DNA of 64,000 bases from an uncultured Gammaproteobacteria bacterium (GTDB lineage Bacteria > Patescibacteriota > Patescibacteriia > Magasanikbacterales > GWA2-37-8): NCBI GenBank assembly GCA_964536615.1, contig CAZHYG010000001.1:70200-134199 (forward strand), written 5' to 3'. The notes below the pieces were generated by a model that was not told where the DNA came from, searched no databases, and saw only the letters and a program-made list of their open reading frames with translations. Of this stretch, positions 1 through 10,244 are shown piece by piece. Position 1 is the first letter of the stretch; the number at the start of each line of letters is the position of its first letter. Position numbers and translations under genes: made by a program.

Positions 1-18
1 ACCGAAGCTGACGCATGG

Positions 19-2613
19 ATGCTGGTTCGAAAAAACCTAGATCGATTTAACCTTGATTACTATCGGCCTTTGGGCAACCCAACCAGCCATATCCACGCGC
101 TCATTTCTCATTTTCAAAAATGCAAAGATGAGCTTATTTCACCCGAAGATTACATGCGATATGCTGAAAAAAAACAAGCGGACACAGATTCCGTAGAACT
201 GCCCGAATTCGCGCGTCTAACCGAAGTGGCCAACGCCTACCATGCCTACAATCAACTATTACTCGATCATAATAGCCTTGATTTTGCTGATCTTATTTTC
301 TACACGATAAAATTATTAAAAGAACGCCCTACAGTACTGCAAGCATTGCAAAAACGATTTACACATATTCTCATAGATGAATTTCAAGATGTAAATTGGG
401 CTCAATATCAGATGGTTAAAATGCTAGCCGGTAAACAAGCCCAGCTCACAGTGGTAGGGGATGACGATCAAAGTATTTACGCTTTTCGCGGCGCTTCCGT
501 ATCTAATATATTGCGTTTTAAAGATGATTTTCCTCAAGCAAAAGAAATCGTGCTCAACGAAAATTACCGTTCTAATCAAGAAATACTTGATTATGCGTAT
601 ACTCTTATTCAGTATAACAACCCGGACAGATTGGAAATAAAACTTAATGTAAATAAACAGCTTAAAAGCGCCAAGCCTGCCGCCGGAGCATCTGGGCCAG
701 CTGTTGTACATATTCACTGCCAAACTATTGACCAAGAAACACGAGCGGTCATTGAGGAGATTAAAAAAATAAAAGATAGCAACCCCAACGTACGCTGGAG
801 TGATTTTGCTATTTTGGTGCGAGCTAACAGCCATAGCGAGCCGTTTATTAATGCGTTTGAAAAAACAAATATTCCATATGAATTTTTAGCCGCCTCCGGA
901 TTATATAAACAGCCACTGATTTTAGACTGTATAAATTTTTTCAAACTGCTGGATAATTACCGCGAATCCACTGCCATTTACCGGCTGCTTCTTATGCCGC
1001 TTTGGCAACTAGATGAACATGATGTTCAAAAAATAACATTTCACGCTAAGAAAAAAAGCATTTCATATTACGAAGCGCTTAAAAAATCAGCTGAGTTTGG
1101 CTTGTCAGAACACGGCCAGTCCGTCGCTTCAAAGCTGATTACTATTATCCACAGCGGCTTAGAACATGCCAAAAAAGAAAAACCCAGCACGGTTCTATTT
1201 CAATTCTTGCAAGAGTCCAGTTTGCTGGAATACCTAACTCAAGAAGAACTAAAACAAAATCGCGAAATTATCAACCAGATTTATCAGCTTAAGGAATTTT
1301 TTGAACAAGTGAGCGCGTATGAAAATTCTGTACCTGGAGCTCGGGTGGCAAACTTTTTAGAGCATATTCAGTTTATAATGGAATCAGGAGATTTGGGTGC
1401 CATGTACCAGCCAAGCGACCTTTCAGATTCAGTGCGAATCATAACCGTGCACAAGTCAAAAGGGTTGGAATTTAAATATGTATTTGTTGTAAACATGGTT
1501 GAAGAGCGTTTCCCCGCCAGACGGCGCGCCGAACCTATAGAGGTTCCTCCCGAACTTGTTAAAGAGCAAATTCCCGAAGGAGATAGCCACTACCAAGAAG
1601 AGAGACGCTTGTTTTATGTTGCCCTTACTCGCGCTCAGGAACGATTATTTTTGCTAAGCTCCGAAGATTATGGGGGAGCCAGAGCCAAAAAAATATCTCG
1701 TTTCTTAAGTGAAATACATTTTTCTGCTTCAACAAATCATAGCGCCGAAGAATCAATTCTGCAAATTTCCCAACCGGAAAAAACCAAAAATCAAGCGGAT
1801 TTTATATATGAATTGCCAAAAGTATTTTCTTTTTCACAAATAAAAGCTTATCGCACCTGTCCGTACCAATATAAATTGGCGCATATTTTGAGGATTCCAA
1901 CAAAAGGAAGCGCTAGTTTTAGTTTTGGCCAAAGCATGCACAGCACAATGCAAAAATTTTATGAACGAGTCCAAGAGCTGAACAGATCTACGCAAGCTTC
2001 GCTATTTGCGCCTACAGAACAAAAAGAAAAATCATCAAATGGCGTAGCAGTTCCGACTCTAGAGGAGCTCTTACAAATGTATGATCAATCATGGATAGAG
2101 GATTGGTATAAAACTAAAGCTCAGCGAGAAGAATATTATGCCTTAGGCAAAGAAATTTTACGGGCATTTTATAAATCCGAAGAGGATAACTGGACAATTC
2201 CTGTTGCTTTGGAGGGGTGGTTTAAAATTAAAGTTGGAGAATATCTGGTGCATGGCCGTATAGACAGAATTGATCAGCTGCCTGATGGCAGTCTAGAAAT
2301 AATTGATTATAAAACAGGCACCGCCAAAGAAAAAGTAGAAGGCGAAGATAAAGATCAGCTGCTTATTTATCAGATCGCACTCAATGAACTTCCTGAATAT
2401 AATACTATTGGCATGCCGCGCAAACTGACGTATTTTTATTTAAACGATAATGCTAAAATATCTTTTTTAGGCAATGAAAAAGAAATTGAAAAACTTAAAG
2501 AAAAAATTGTTGCCACTGTTTCAAATATTAACGCGCGCAATTTTAACGCTACGCCTAATCCACATGTTTGCAAAAACTGTGATTTTAGAGATATCTGTCA
2601 ATTTAGGGCTTAA
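19..2613 (+). CDS. UvrD/PcrA-like SF1 helicase fused to a C-terminal PD-(D/E)XK Cas4/AddB-like nuclease; 5' partial at window edge
   Basis: UvrD motifs present (LIDEFQDV, VGDDDQSIYAFRGA, NYRSNQEIL). C-terminal RecB-type nuclease motif (RIDRIDQLPDGSLEIIDYKTG) plus a 1+3 Cys cluster (TCPYQ...CKNCDFRDIC) typical of Fe-S Cas4/AddB nuclease domains. Confidence 0.8.
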   Translation: MLVRKNLDRFNLDYYRPLGNPTSHIHALISHFQKCKDELISPEDYMRYAEKKQADTDSVELPEFARLTEVANAYHAYNQLLLDHNSLDFADLIFYTIKLLKERPTVLQALQKRFTHILIDEFQDVNWAQYQMVKMLAGKQAQLTVVGDDDQSIYAFRGASVSNILRFKDDFPQAKEIVLNENYRSNQEILDYAYTLIQYNNPDRLEIKLNVNKQLKSAKPAAGASGPAVVHIHCQTIDQETRAVIEEIKKIKDSNPNVRWSDFAILVRANSHSEPFINAFEKTNIPYEFLAASGLYKQPLILDCINFFKLLDNYRESTAIYRLLLMPLWQLDEHDVQKITFHAKKKSISYYEALKKSAEFGLSEHGQSVASKLITIIHSGLEHAKKEKPSTVLFQFLQESSLLEYLTQEELKQNREIINQIYQLKEFFEQVSAYENSVPGARVANFLEHIQFIMESGDLGAMYQPSDLSDSVRIITVHKSKGLEFKYVFVVNMVEERFPARRRAEPIEVPPELVKEQIPEGDSHYQEERRLFYVALTRAQERLFLLSSEDYGGARAKKISRFLSEIHFSASTNHSAEESILQISQPEKTKNQADFIYELPKVFSFSQIKAYRTCPYQYKLAHILRIPTKGSASFSFGQSMHSTMQKFYERVQELNRSTQASLFAPTEQKEKSSNGVAVPTLEELLQMYDQSWIEDWYKTKAQREEYYALGKEILRAFYKSEEDNWTIPVALEGWFKIKVGEYLVHGRIDRIDQLPDGSLEIIDYKTGTAKEKVEGEDKDQLLIYQIALNELPEYNTIGMPRKLTYFYLNDNAKISFLGNEKEIEKLKEKIVATVSNINARNFNATPNPHVCKNCDFRDICQFRA

Positions 2614-2630
2614 CGCATAATACCGCAACT

Positions 2631-2924
2631 ATGATGAAATCACTTGGAGAAATTTTAAAAAAACAGATGCCGGTTATGCCGGCTGGCAAGCAAATTACAG
2701 CGACCATGGTGGTAGCCAAAGCCAACGAGGCCATCATTGCCTTATGTGGCGCAGGCGCAGCCAAATTCGCTCAGGCAATCTACTATAAAGACAAAACTAT
2801 TGCCATTACCTGCTTGAGCTCTGTAACCGCCCAAGAAATTAAGCTTAACGAACGACAAATTATAGCAGAAATCAACAAAAAACTAGAGGGTAAGGCGGTT
2901 GAAAAAATACGATATTTGATCTAA
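2631..2924 (+). CDS. DUF721/DciA-like small protein
   Basis: 97 aa. The C-terminal pattern (KTIAITCLSSVTAQEIKLNERQIIAEINKKLEGKAVEKIRY) resembles the DUF721 fold. Tightly follows the helicase gene. Confidence 0.4.
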   Translation: MMKSLGEILKKQMPVMPAGKQITATMVVAKANEAIIALCGAGAAKFAQAIYYKDKTIAITCLSSVTAQEIKLNERQIIAEINKKLEGKAVEKIRYLI

Positions 2925-3009
2925 TAAATTTAACCTTGCCAAAGCAGCTAATTACAGTTAAAATACCACACGTTAAGCTATATGATTAAGGAGGAACCAA
3001 AACCCTAGT

Positions 3010-3411
3010 ATGAGTTTGCGCTACTATCTTATTTTAATGTCTCTAGGCGCTTTAGTGTGCTGGGCGGCGTGGATATTTGTCCTGGATAATATCGACCCTA
3101 CTCAAGCCGGTTTTTTTGGTTTTCTGTTTTTTTATACCAGCCTATTTTTAGCCCTCACCGGCACATGTTCAGTAATCGGATTTTTAATTAAAAAAATGAT
3201 TCTTAAAAAAGACGAAGTAGTATTTCATCATGTTAAATCAACATTTCGCCAAGGCACCCTAATCGCTCTGACAATCATTTCTGGATTAATCCTGTTGCAA
3301 ACCAATTTGCTAAAATGGTGGAGCGCCATAATTCTAATAGTATTTTTCAGCCTCATAGAAGGCATTATCTTTACAAATAGAAAATATAATAATCGGGAAA
3401 TTATTGGATAA
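3010..3411 (+). CDS. hypothetical small membrane protein (3-4 TM)
   Basis: Hydrophobic segments in a 133-aa ORF. AAGGAGG lies about 15 nt upstream. Confidence 0.4.
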   Translation: MSLRYYLILMSLGALVCWAAWIFVLDNIDPTQAGFFGFLFFYTSLFLALTGTCSVIGFLIKKMILKKDEVVFHHVKSTFRQGTLIALTIISGLILLQTNLLKWWSAIILIVFFSLIEGIIFTNRKYNNREIIG

Positions 3412-4459
3412 ATATATGTTTGAAAAAGTGCTTGAAAAATTCAGAAAAGATATTGGTATTGATTTGGGAACCGCAAATACACTTGTATATGTAAAGGGCA
3501 GGGGAATAGTAATTAACGAACCAAGTGTCGTAGCGGTAAATATAAAGACCGAACAGATTTTAGCCGTGGGAAACGAAGCCAAAGAAATGCTTGGCAAAAC
3601 ACCGCCTCACATCGTTACCACACGCCCGCTCATCAATGGCATTATTTCCGATTTTGAAGTTACCGAAAAAATGTTGAAATACTTTATTGATAAAGTATAT
3701 GAAGATAACATGAATTTCATGACTCGTCCGCGCGTAGTAATCGGCGCGCCTCTTGAAATTACTGAAGTTGAGATGAAAGCTATTCACGATGCTGCCACAA
3801 ATGCCGGCGCTCGCGAAGTAATCGTTATTCAAGAACCAATGGCTGCGGCGATCGGGGCGCGCATGCCTATCCGAGAACCAGTCGGTAATTTTATTGTTGA
3901 GATTGGAGGCGGGACAACTGAGATTGCAGTTATTTCTTTAAGCGGAATTGTGACATGGAGATCTATTCCGGTAGCTGGCGACGAGCTTAATCGCAACATC
4001 ATGCAATACGCGCGCGAAAAATTTAATTTATTGCTTGGTGAAAAACAAGCTGAAGAAATCAAAATTAAAATCGGTTCAGCAATTGAACTAGCAGAACCCA
4101 TGATTTTCCCAATGCGTGGACGCGACCTGGTAACCGGCCTGCCAAAAGAAGTCATGATTGATGATTCTCAAGTTCGAGAAGCAATCGCAAAATCATTGCG
4201 CACAATTATTGAAAACATTAAAGGCGTGCTAGAAATTACACCCCCGGAATTAGTGGCGGATATTCACGAGCGAGGCATCGTACTCTCTGGAGGAGGAGCG
4301 CTATTGCGCGGTTTTGACCAGCTTATCACCAGGGCCATAGAAATTCCAGTGCGAATCGCTGACGATCCGCTAACTTCTGTCGTGCGCGGTGCCGGAATTT
4401 TGCTTGACGAAAATGAACTTCTTGGTGAAATTTCCGTAAAAAATCAGAATAAAAAATAA
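3404..4459 (+). CDS. mreB: rod shape-determining protein MreB (actin homolog)
   Basis: N-terminal motif DIGIDLGTANTLVYVKGRGIVINEPSVVAV and actin-fold ATPase motifs throughout. Confidence 0.95.
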   Translation: MDKYMFEKVLEKFRKDIGIDLGTANTLVYVKGRGIVINEPSVVAVNIKTEQILAVGNEAKEMLGKTPPHIVTTRPLINGIISDFEVTEKMLKYFIDKVYEDNMNFMTRPRVVIGAPLEITEVEMKAIHDAATNAGAREVIVIQEPMAAAIGARMPIREPVGNFIVEIGGGTTEIAVISLSGIVTWRSIPVAGDELNRNIMQYAREKFNLLLGEKQAEEIKIKIGSAIELAEPMIFPMRGRDLVTGLPKEVMIDDSQVREAIAKSLRTIIENIKGVLEITPPELVADIHERGIVLSGGGALLRGFDQLITRAIEIPVRIADDPLTSVVRGAGILLDENELLGEISVKNQNKK

Positions 4460-4470
4460 TTGGACGATAT

Positions 4471-5271
4471 ATGCTCCCGCTCAAGACAAAAAATTACTTT
4501 TTTTTATTTTTTCTTTTGATATTGATGGTTGCGCTTCATTTTCTTGGCTGGCTTCGTTTTATTGAATTTCCTGTTCAGTCAATTATAGTTCCTATCTCAA
4601 CCACCATCACAAAATGGCGCATTTCAACGCAAGATTCATTATCGTTTCTCACGGATAAAGACCGTATTGTTGAAGGATATAACGCTTGTCGCGCTGAAAA
4701 TCAAAATCTTGAAGCGGAGAATGGCCGTTTAAAAAATCTTGAAGCGGAGAATGAAGAACTTCGCTCTCAGCTTAATTTTTTTAATCAGCGTACTTTTTCA
4801 AAAATAACCGCGGAGGTGGTCGGAAGAAATACTGATAGTTTGGAAAAAATGATTATTATTAATATCGGAGAGCAATCCGATATAAAACCCGGCCAGCCGG
4901 TAATTGCAGGGTCAGGATTATTGGTTGGAGTAGTGGCAAAAGTGGAAAAAAACTTTTCCATGGTTCGTCTTATAAATGATAATCAGAGCAAAATTGCCGC
5001 CACCATTCTTAATAAAGATAAAAGCTTAGGCGTGGTTGAAGGCGGTTACGGGTTAAGTATAAAAATGAATTTTATACCCCGCAATGAAACCGTGCTTATT
5101 GGCGACAAGATAATCACTTCTGGATTAGAAAAGACGATTCCTCGAGGGTTATTAATAGGGGAAGTGGCCGTAGCCGAAAACGAAGCGTACCAGCCTTTCC
5201 AACAAGCAGTGCTTACCTCGGCTGCAGATCTATCAAAAATAACTGTTGTGAGCGTACTTACATCATTATAA
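4471..5271 (+). CDS. mreC: rod shape-determining protein MreC
   Basis: N-terminal TM, coiled coil with LEAEN repeats, C-terminal beta domain. Positioned directly after mreB. Confidence 0.8.
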   Translation: MLPLKTKNYFFLFFLLILMVALHFLGWLRFIEFPVQSIIVPISTTITKWRISTQDSLSFLTDKDRIVEGYNACRAENQNLEAENGRLKNLEAENEELRSQLNFFNQRTFSKITAEVVGRNTDSLEKMIIINIGEQSDIKPGQPVIAGSGLLVGVVAKVEKNFSMVRLINDNQSKIAATILNKDKSLGVVEGGYGLSIKMNFIPRNETVLIGDKIITSGLEKTIPRGLLIGEVAVAENEAYQPFQQAVLTSAADLSKITVVSVLTSL

Positions 5272-5278
5272 TGGTCAT

Positions 5279-5830
5279 ATGCGGTCACTTGCGTCCATCC
5301 TGCTATTTATTGTTTACATGATAAGCATACTTGTCGGACATATTTTTGTAATTAATTTTTTGCCATATCCGTATAACCACCTGCATGTCATTTTTAGTAT
5401 CTTAGCGCTATCTTTAAGTATTAGCACTGACCGAAAAATAATTCTTCTCGCATTATGCACGTCATATATTGCAGAACTGTTTGGCAGCACTCCGTTTGGA
5501 CTAAACACATTTTCTCTCCTATCAAGCTTGCTTATAATGCATTGGCTGCAATTCAATATTTTTTCCAACAGATCATTTTATATGATTTTTTTCTCAGTAC
5601 TTATGGGCATGAGTTTGTACCGCGGCATCTTTCTAGCATGTCTCACTATAAATAATTATTTCTTAGGATTGGAAAATTTACCCTACAAAGAAATTATAGC
5701 GGATGCCGGCTGGGAAGTGTTGCTAACTTCTACTTTGACCTTCGTAGTTTATTTGTTGTATGTTAAGCTAGCTGGACGCTCTCGTTTTTCCTCCCGTAAA
5801 ACATCAATCTATTATGGAAAAACTTTTTAA
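5279..5830 (+). CDS. mreD: MreD-like polytopic membrane protein
   Basis: 183 aa with about 5 TM helices. Sits between mreC and the PBP2 gene in the mreBCD-mrdA order. Confidence 0.55.
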   Translation: MRSLASILLFIVYMISILVGHIFVINFLPYPYNHLHVIFSILALSLSISTDRKIILLALCTSYIAELFGSTPFGLNTFSLLSSLLIMHWLQFNIFSNRSFYMIFFSVLMGMSLYRGIFLACLTINNYFLGLENLPYKEIIADAGWEVLLTSTLTFVVYLLYVKLAGRSRFSSRKTSIYYGKTF

Positions 5831-7781
5831 CATTTCTGAAGAAAAACAAAAAAAAGGCGACCTGGAAGGCAAATATAGCCGCACTTGGATTGAGGATTCT
5901 TTTAATTTTGAACAAGCAGTTGGCAAACAGCCTGCAATCGCCCAAACCAGAAATTATCTCGGAACCAGTATTGCAAAAAAAAATATTTATATCATGGGAG
6001 TGGTAGTGCTTTTAGGCCTGTCAATTTTATTTGGCAAAACATTTTATTTGCAAATTTTAAAAGGCGGCAAATACCACGAACTTGCCGAAGGAAATCGTAT
6101 ACGCTTACGTCCGATTCTTTCTGAGCGCGGTATTATCTACGACCGTTTTCATAATGAATTGGTAGAAAATGTGCCTAATTTCTCTTTAACACTTATTCCT
6201 CAAGATTTGCCGCGCAATCTTGGCAAAAGAGAAGCTGTGATAGATAAGGCTGTGGCCTTAAGCGGTGTGTCAAAAGAGCAAATTACCACTCTGTTAGCGA
6301 AATACAGTTCATACAGTTATGCTTCGCTTGTTATAAAGGAAAATCTTGATTACGAAACTGCTTTGCAGTTATATATTCAAAGCGCACAGCTGCCCGGCAT
6401 ATCAATAGAGAAGGGCAGCAAAAGAAAGTATGTGTCTGGAAACGAAACCACGCATAACAATTTAAGCATTTCTCACTTATTAGGCTACTTGGGAAAACTG
6501 AACGATGTAGAAATAGAAGCTTTGGGTAAAAATAATGACTATCTTCCATTTGATAACATTGGTAAAACCGGTTTGGAAAAAACATACGAAAGTTATTTAC
6601 GAGGTAAATACGGTTTAAAAAAAGTAGAAGTAAATGCCACCGGACAAGAACAGAGCGTATTAGCAGAAGATCCGCCTCAACCGGGAAAAAATGTTGTGCT
6701 AACTGTTGATTTAGAAGCGCAGGCTAAGCTTGAAGAATTGCTTAAGGCAATGCTTCTTAAAACAAATCGCACTAGAGGCGCAGCTATTGCTATGGATCCG
6801 CGCGATGGTTCAGTTTTGGCCATGGTAAGCTTGCCATCTTTTAATAATAATGATTTTTCTGGTGGTATTTCTCAAGAAAAGTACCAAACATACCGCGACA
6901 ACCCGGATAACCCGCTTTTTAACAGAGCTGTGGGCGGCACCTATCCATCCGGGTCTATTATCAAACTTATTGTTGCCGCGGCAGCATTACAAGAAAAAGT
7001 TGTCAGTCAAAACACAACGTTTTTGAGTACAGGCGGACTGCAGTTAGGGGATAGAACTTTTAAAGACTGGAAGGCGGGAGGTCACGGCATTACCAATGTT
7101 ACCAAAGCTATTGCTTGGTCAGTCAATACTTTTTTCTATTATGCAGGCGGCGGATATAAAAATTTTGTTGGTTTAGGCGTAGATCGCATTGTTAAATATA
7201 TGCAATCGTTTGGCATTGCAAAAAAAACTAACATTGATTTGACAGGTGAGCGGCCTGGTTTTTTACCGAGCAAAGACTGGAAGCAAGAGACAAAAAAAGA
7301 AACTTGGTTTGTCGGCGATACTTATAACCTTTCTATCGGGCAAGGAGATTTGCTGGTAACTCCGATTCAAGCAGCAGTTTGGACTGCAGCTGTTGCCAAC
7401 GGCCGAAATATTGTGCAACCCCACCTTGCAGGACAAATTGAAGAACCTGGCACGCACACTAAAACAGATTTGCAATTTACCACATACTCTGTGCCAATAT
7501 CAGAAACAAACATGAATATTGTACGGCAGGGCATGAAAGAATGCGTTAGTTATGGCAGTTGCCAGTTATTAAAAACACTGCCTTTTTCAAGCGCTGGCAA
7601 GACGGGTACGGCTCAATGGAGCGCCAATAAGGACAACCATGCCTGGTTTACCTCTTTTGCGCCATTTGAAAACCCTAAAATAGTAGTAACTGTGCTAGTC
7701 GAAGAAGGAAAAGAGGGTACTAGCGCGGCTTTGCCTGTAGCCCGTGATTTCTTGCAGTGGTGGGGCAAGAAATACCTTTAA
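5814..7781 (+). CDS. mrdA: penicillin-binding protein 2 (peptidoglycan D,D-transpeptidase)
   Basis: N-terminal TM, PBP dimerisation domain, SxxK (SGSIIK) and KTG (SAGKTGTAQ) motifs. Confidence 0.9.
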   Translation: MEKLFNISEEKQKKGDLEGKYSRTWIEDSFNFEQAVGKQPAIAQTRNYLGTSIAKKNIYIMGVVVLLGLSILFGKTFYLQILKGGKYHELAEGNRIRLRPILSERGIIYDRFHNELVENVPNFSLTLIPQDLPRNLGKREAVIDKAVALSGVSKEQITTLLAKYSSYSYASLVIKENLDYETALQLYIQSAQLPGISIEKGSKRKYVSGNETTHNNLSISHLLGYLGKLNDVEIEALGKNNDYLPFDNIGKTGLEKTYESYLRGKYGLKKVEVNATGQEQSVLAEDPPQPGKNVVLTVDLEAQAKLEELLKAMLLKTNRTRGAAIAMDPRDGSVLAMVSLPSFNNNDFSGGISQEKYQTYRDNPDNPLFNRAVGGTYPSGSIIKLIVAAAALQEKVVSQNTTFLSTGGLQLGDRTFKDWKAGGHGITNVTKAIAWSVNTFFYYAGGGYKNFVGLGVDRIVKYMQSFGIAKKTNIDLTGERPGFLPSKDWKQETKKETWFVGDTYNLSIGQGDLLVTPIQAAVWTAAVANGRNIVQPHLAGQIEEPGTHTKTDLQFTTYSVPISETNMNIVRQGMKECVSYGSCQLLKTLPFSSAGKTGTAQWSANKDNHAWFTSFAPFENPKIVVTVLVEEGKEGTSAALPVARDFLQWWGKKYL

Positions 7782-7812
7782 ATAGGCAAAAATCCTTTAC
7801 GAGCAAATAATT

Positions 7813-7825
7813 TTTGTGATATAAT
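7813..7825 (+). promoter_or_regulatory. extended -10 promoter (TGaTATAAT) upstream of greA
   Basis: Sequence tgtgaTATAAT lies about 33 nt upstream of the ATG at 7858. The TG-extended -10 compensates for a weak -35. Confidence 0.45.
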
Positions 7826-7857
7826 TTTTCAATAACATATTGATAAAAAACGCATAT

Positions 7858-8328
7858 ATGATAGAAGAAAAAAGCCAATATATCACTGCCCAGGGCTTGA
7901 AAGATTTGCAATCTGAATTAGAACACCTGAAAAATCAAAAAATACCTGACATAGCCAGTCGTATTGACGAAGCAAAACAACATGGCGATCTTTCAGAGAA
8001 CGCCGAATATCAGCAGGCAAAAGAGGAGATGGCTTGGGCTCAGGGACGAAAACAAGAACTAGAATATCTTGTTCATCATTGTGAAGTAGTAACCGAGACG
8101 GACAAAACACAGGGATCTGTAGGCATGGGAAGCCGTATCATAGTAAAAACAGGAGACAAGACTAAAACTTTTACCATTGTCGGCGCGCAAGAAGCAGACC
8201 CGCTCGCAGGTAAAATTTCCAACGAATCTCCGCTTGGCATGTCATTTATCGGCCATAAGACAGGGGAGTCGGTAACAGTAACTACACCATCAGGGAAACA
8301 AATTTACGAAATATTAGAATTGAAATAA
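7858..8328 (+). CDS. greA: transcription elongation factor GreA
   Basis: N-terminal coiled coil (ITAQGLKDLQSELEHLKN...DLSENAEYQQAKEE) and C-terminal FKBP-like domain. The ORF track starts at a TTG at 7840; the ATG at 7858 is preferred. Confidence 0.9.
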   Translation: MIEEKSQYITAQGLKDLQSELEHLKNQKIPDIASRIDEAKQHGDLSENAEYQQAKEEMAWAQGRKQELEYLVHHCEVVTETDKTQGSVGMGSRIIVKTGDKTKTFTIVGAQEADPLAGKISNESPLGMSFIGHKTGESVTVTTPSGKQIYEILELK

Positions 8329-8330
8329 AT

Positions 8331-9806
8331 ATGACTAACGATATTAGGGAGGATAAAGTACGCTTAGATAGATTAGAATATTTGCATTCTGCCGGTATCA
8401 ATCCGTTTCCAAGCACCACCGAACCCCACGATTCAATTACCGAGGTTTTACAAAAACCAGAGCAAACCACCGTGGCGATTGCTGGCCGTCTAGTTTCAAA
8501 GCGTGAAATGGGTAAAATTAGCTTTTCTCACATTAAAGACGCGAGCGGAAAAATTCAAGTTGCTTTTTCAGAAAAAGAACTGGGCAAAGAAAACTATAAA
8601 TTATTTATCAAATATTTTGATTTGGGTGATTTTTTACATGTTACTGGTGATTTATTCATTACCCATAAAGGAGAATTGACGGTGCTGGTAAAAAAATACA
8701 CTCTGCTAAGCAAATCGCTATTACCATTACCTGAAAAATTTCATGGCCTTACTGATATTGAAATTCGTTACCGACAACGATATCTTGATTTGATCGCCAA
8801 CGAAGAATCCATGCGCATTGCAAAAATTAGAAGCGTTATCGTAAAAGAAATAAGAAATTATTTTGACGCAAAAGGTTTTTTTGAAGTTGAGACCCCAGTC
8901 TTACAAACGCTCTATGGCGGCGCGTTGGCCAAGCCTTTTACCACTCACCACAATGCCTTGGATATACCGCTATATTTGCGGGTTGCACCCGAATTATACC
9001 TTAAACGTTTAATCGTGGGAGGTTTTGAAAAAGTCTATGAAATCGCAAAATGTTTCCGCAACGAAGGCATAGATAACAATCATAATCCAGAATTTACCCA
9101 AATTGAGTTCTATTGGGCATACGCAAACTACCGGGATCTCATGAATCTAATAGAAGATCTATTGCCAAAAATAATTACCAGCGCAGGACTGCCTTTGCGT
9201 ATGAACATCGGAGGTGCGGAAGTTGATTTCACACCCCCATACCCACGCCATACCATGCGTGAAATTATAAAACAATACGCAAAAATTGATATCGAAGAAT
9301 TTCCTGATCAGTCATCTCTATATACAAAAATAAAAGATCAGCACATAGAAGGAGTTGACGCGCAAACCGGTTACGGCAAAATGGTAGATGAGATTTACAA
9401 AACCTATGCTCGTCCATATATTACCAATCCTATTTTCATGATTGACCATCCAGTGGAGCTTTCTCCTTTGGCTAAAAGAAAATCTGATAACCCTCGCTAT
9501 GTTGAGCGCATGCAGCTTGTTTGTGTAGGCGGCAACGAACTTTGTAACGGTTTTTCAGAATTAAACGATCCGTTAGACCAAGAATCGCGCTTTAAAGAAC
9601 AGGAGCGATTACAGATAGCCGGAGATGAGGAGAGTATGCCTTTTGATGAAGATTTCGTCACCGCCTTAAAGCACGGTATGCCGCCAACCGCCGGTCTTGG
9701 CATGGGTATAGATCGTTTGATTAAACTTCTTTTGGATACACAAAACCTAAAAGAAGTAATCCTGTTTCCAACCTTAAAACCAGAGAAGTCAGAAACAAAG
9801 GAATAA
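8331..9806 (+). CDS. lysS: lysyl-tRNA synthetase, class II
   Basis: N-terminal OB anticodon-binding fold; class II motifs (FRNEGIDNNHNPEFTQIEFYWAY; GMGIDRL). Confidence 0.95.
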   Translation: MTNDIREDKVRLDRLEYLHSAGINPFPSTTEPHDSITEVLQKPEQTTVAIAGRLVSKREMGKISFSHIKDASGKIQVAFSEKELGKENYKLFIKYFDLGDFLHVTGDLFITHKGELTVLVKKYTLLSKSLLPLPEKFHGLTDIEIRYRQRYLDLIANEESMRIAKIRSVIVKEIRNYFDAKGFFEVETPVLQTLYGGALAKPFTTHHNALDIPLYLRVAPELYLKRLIVGGFEKVYEIAKCFRNEGIDNNHNPEFTQIEFYWAYANYRDLMNLIEDLLPKIITSAGLPLRMNIGGAEVDFTPPYPRHTMREIIKQYAKIDIEEFPDQSSLYTKIKDQHIEGVDAQTGYGKMVDEIYKTYARPYITNPIFMIDHPVELSPLAKRKSDNPRYVERMQLVCVGGNELCNGFSELNDPLDQESRFKEQERLQIAGDEESMPFDEDFVTALKHGMPPTAGLGMGIDRLIKLLLDTQNLKEVILFPTLKPEKSETKE

Positions 9807-9815
9807 ATTCATTAT

Positions 9816-10238
9816 ATGAAGAAAGTGCTTGTGTTCGGAACCTTTGATATTGTGCACGCCGGCCATATTCATATGCTGCGAGAAGCAAAATCGTATGGCG
9901 ACCATCTTACAGTAGTAGTTTCTCGAAACGACACCACTACCCAAGTAAAAGGCGTTCCTCCGATTTTTAGCGAACAAACACGAGTACAGGATATACAAGC
10001 GCTCAATATTGCAGATAAGGTACGGCTTGGAAATTTAGGAGAAGATCGATATAAAGTTATTGCCGAAGAAAACCCCGATATTATCGCTCTTGGCTATGAT
10101 CAAGAGGCATTTACAGATAAATTATCAGAACACATTAATCCGCAAAAAATAACAATTGTAAGATTGCACGCATATAAGCCAGAGATATTTAAGAGCTCTA
10201 AGATAAAAGAACAGTGGAAAAAAGAAGGGAGAATATAA
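9816..10238 (+). CDS. cytidylyltransferase-family nucleotidyltransferase (RibL/TagD-like, HxGH motif)
   Basis: Motif FGTFDIVHAGHIHML and overall similarity to archaeal-type FAD synthase / glycerol-3-P cytidylyltransferase (140 aa). Confidence 0.6.
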   Translation: MKKVLVFGTFDIVHAGHIHMLREAKSYGDHLTVVVSRNDTTTQVKGVPPIFSEQTRVQDIQALNIADKVRLGNLGEDRYKVIAEENPDIIALGYDQEAFTDKLSEHINPQKITIVRLHAYKPEIFKSSKIKEQWKKEGRI

Positions 10239-10244
10239 ATATAT

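Noticed and set aside
424-944. Minus-strand ORFs of 60-140 aa inside the helicase gene, and similar antisense ORFs listed throughout the track (e.g. 3334-4155, 16745-17593, 19801-21249, 29946-31943, 54715-55881)
   Set aside because: They lie entirely within, and antisense to, strongly supported genes. They have no motifs and low-complexity composition, so they are treated as spurious.
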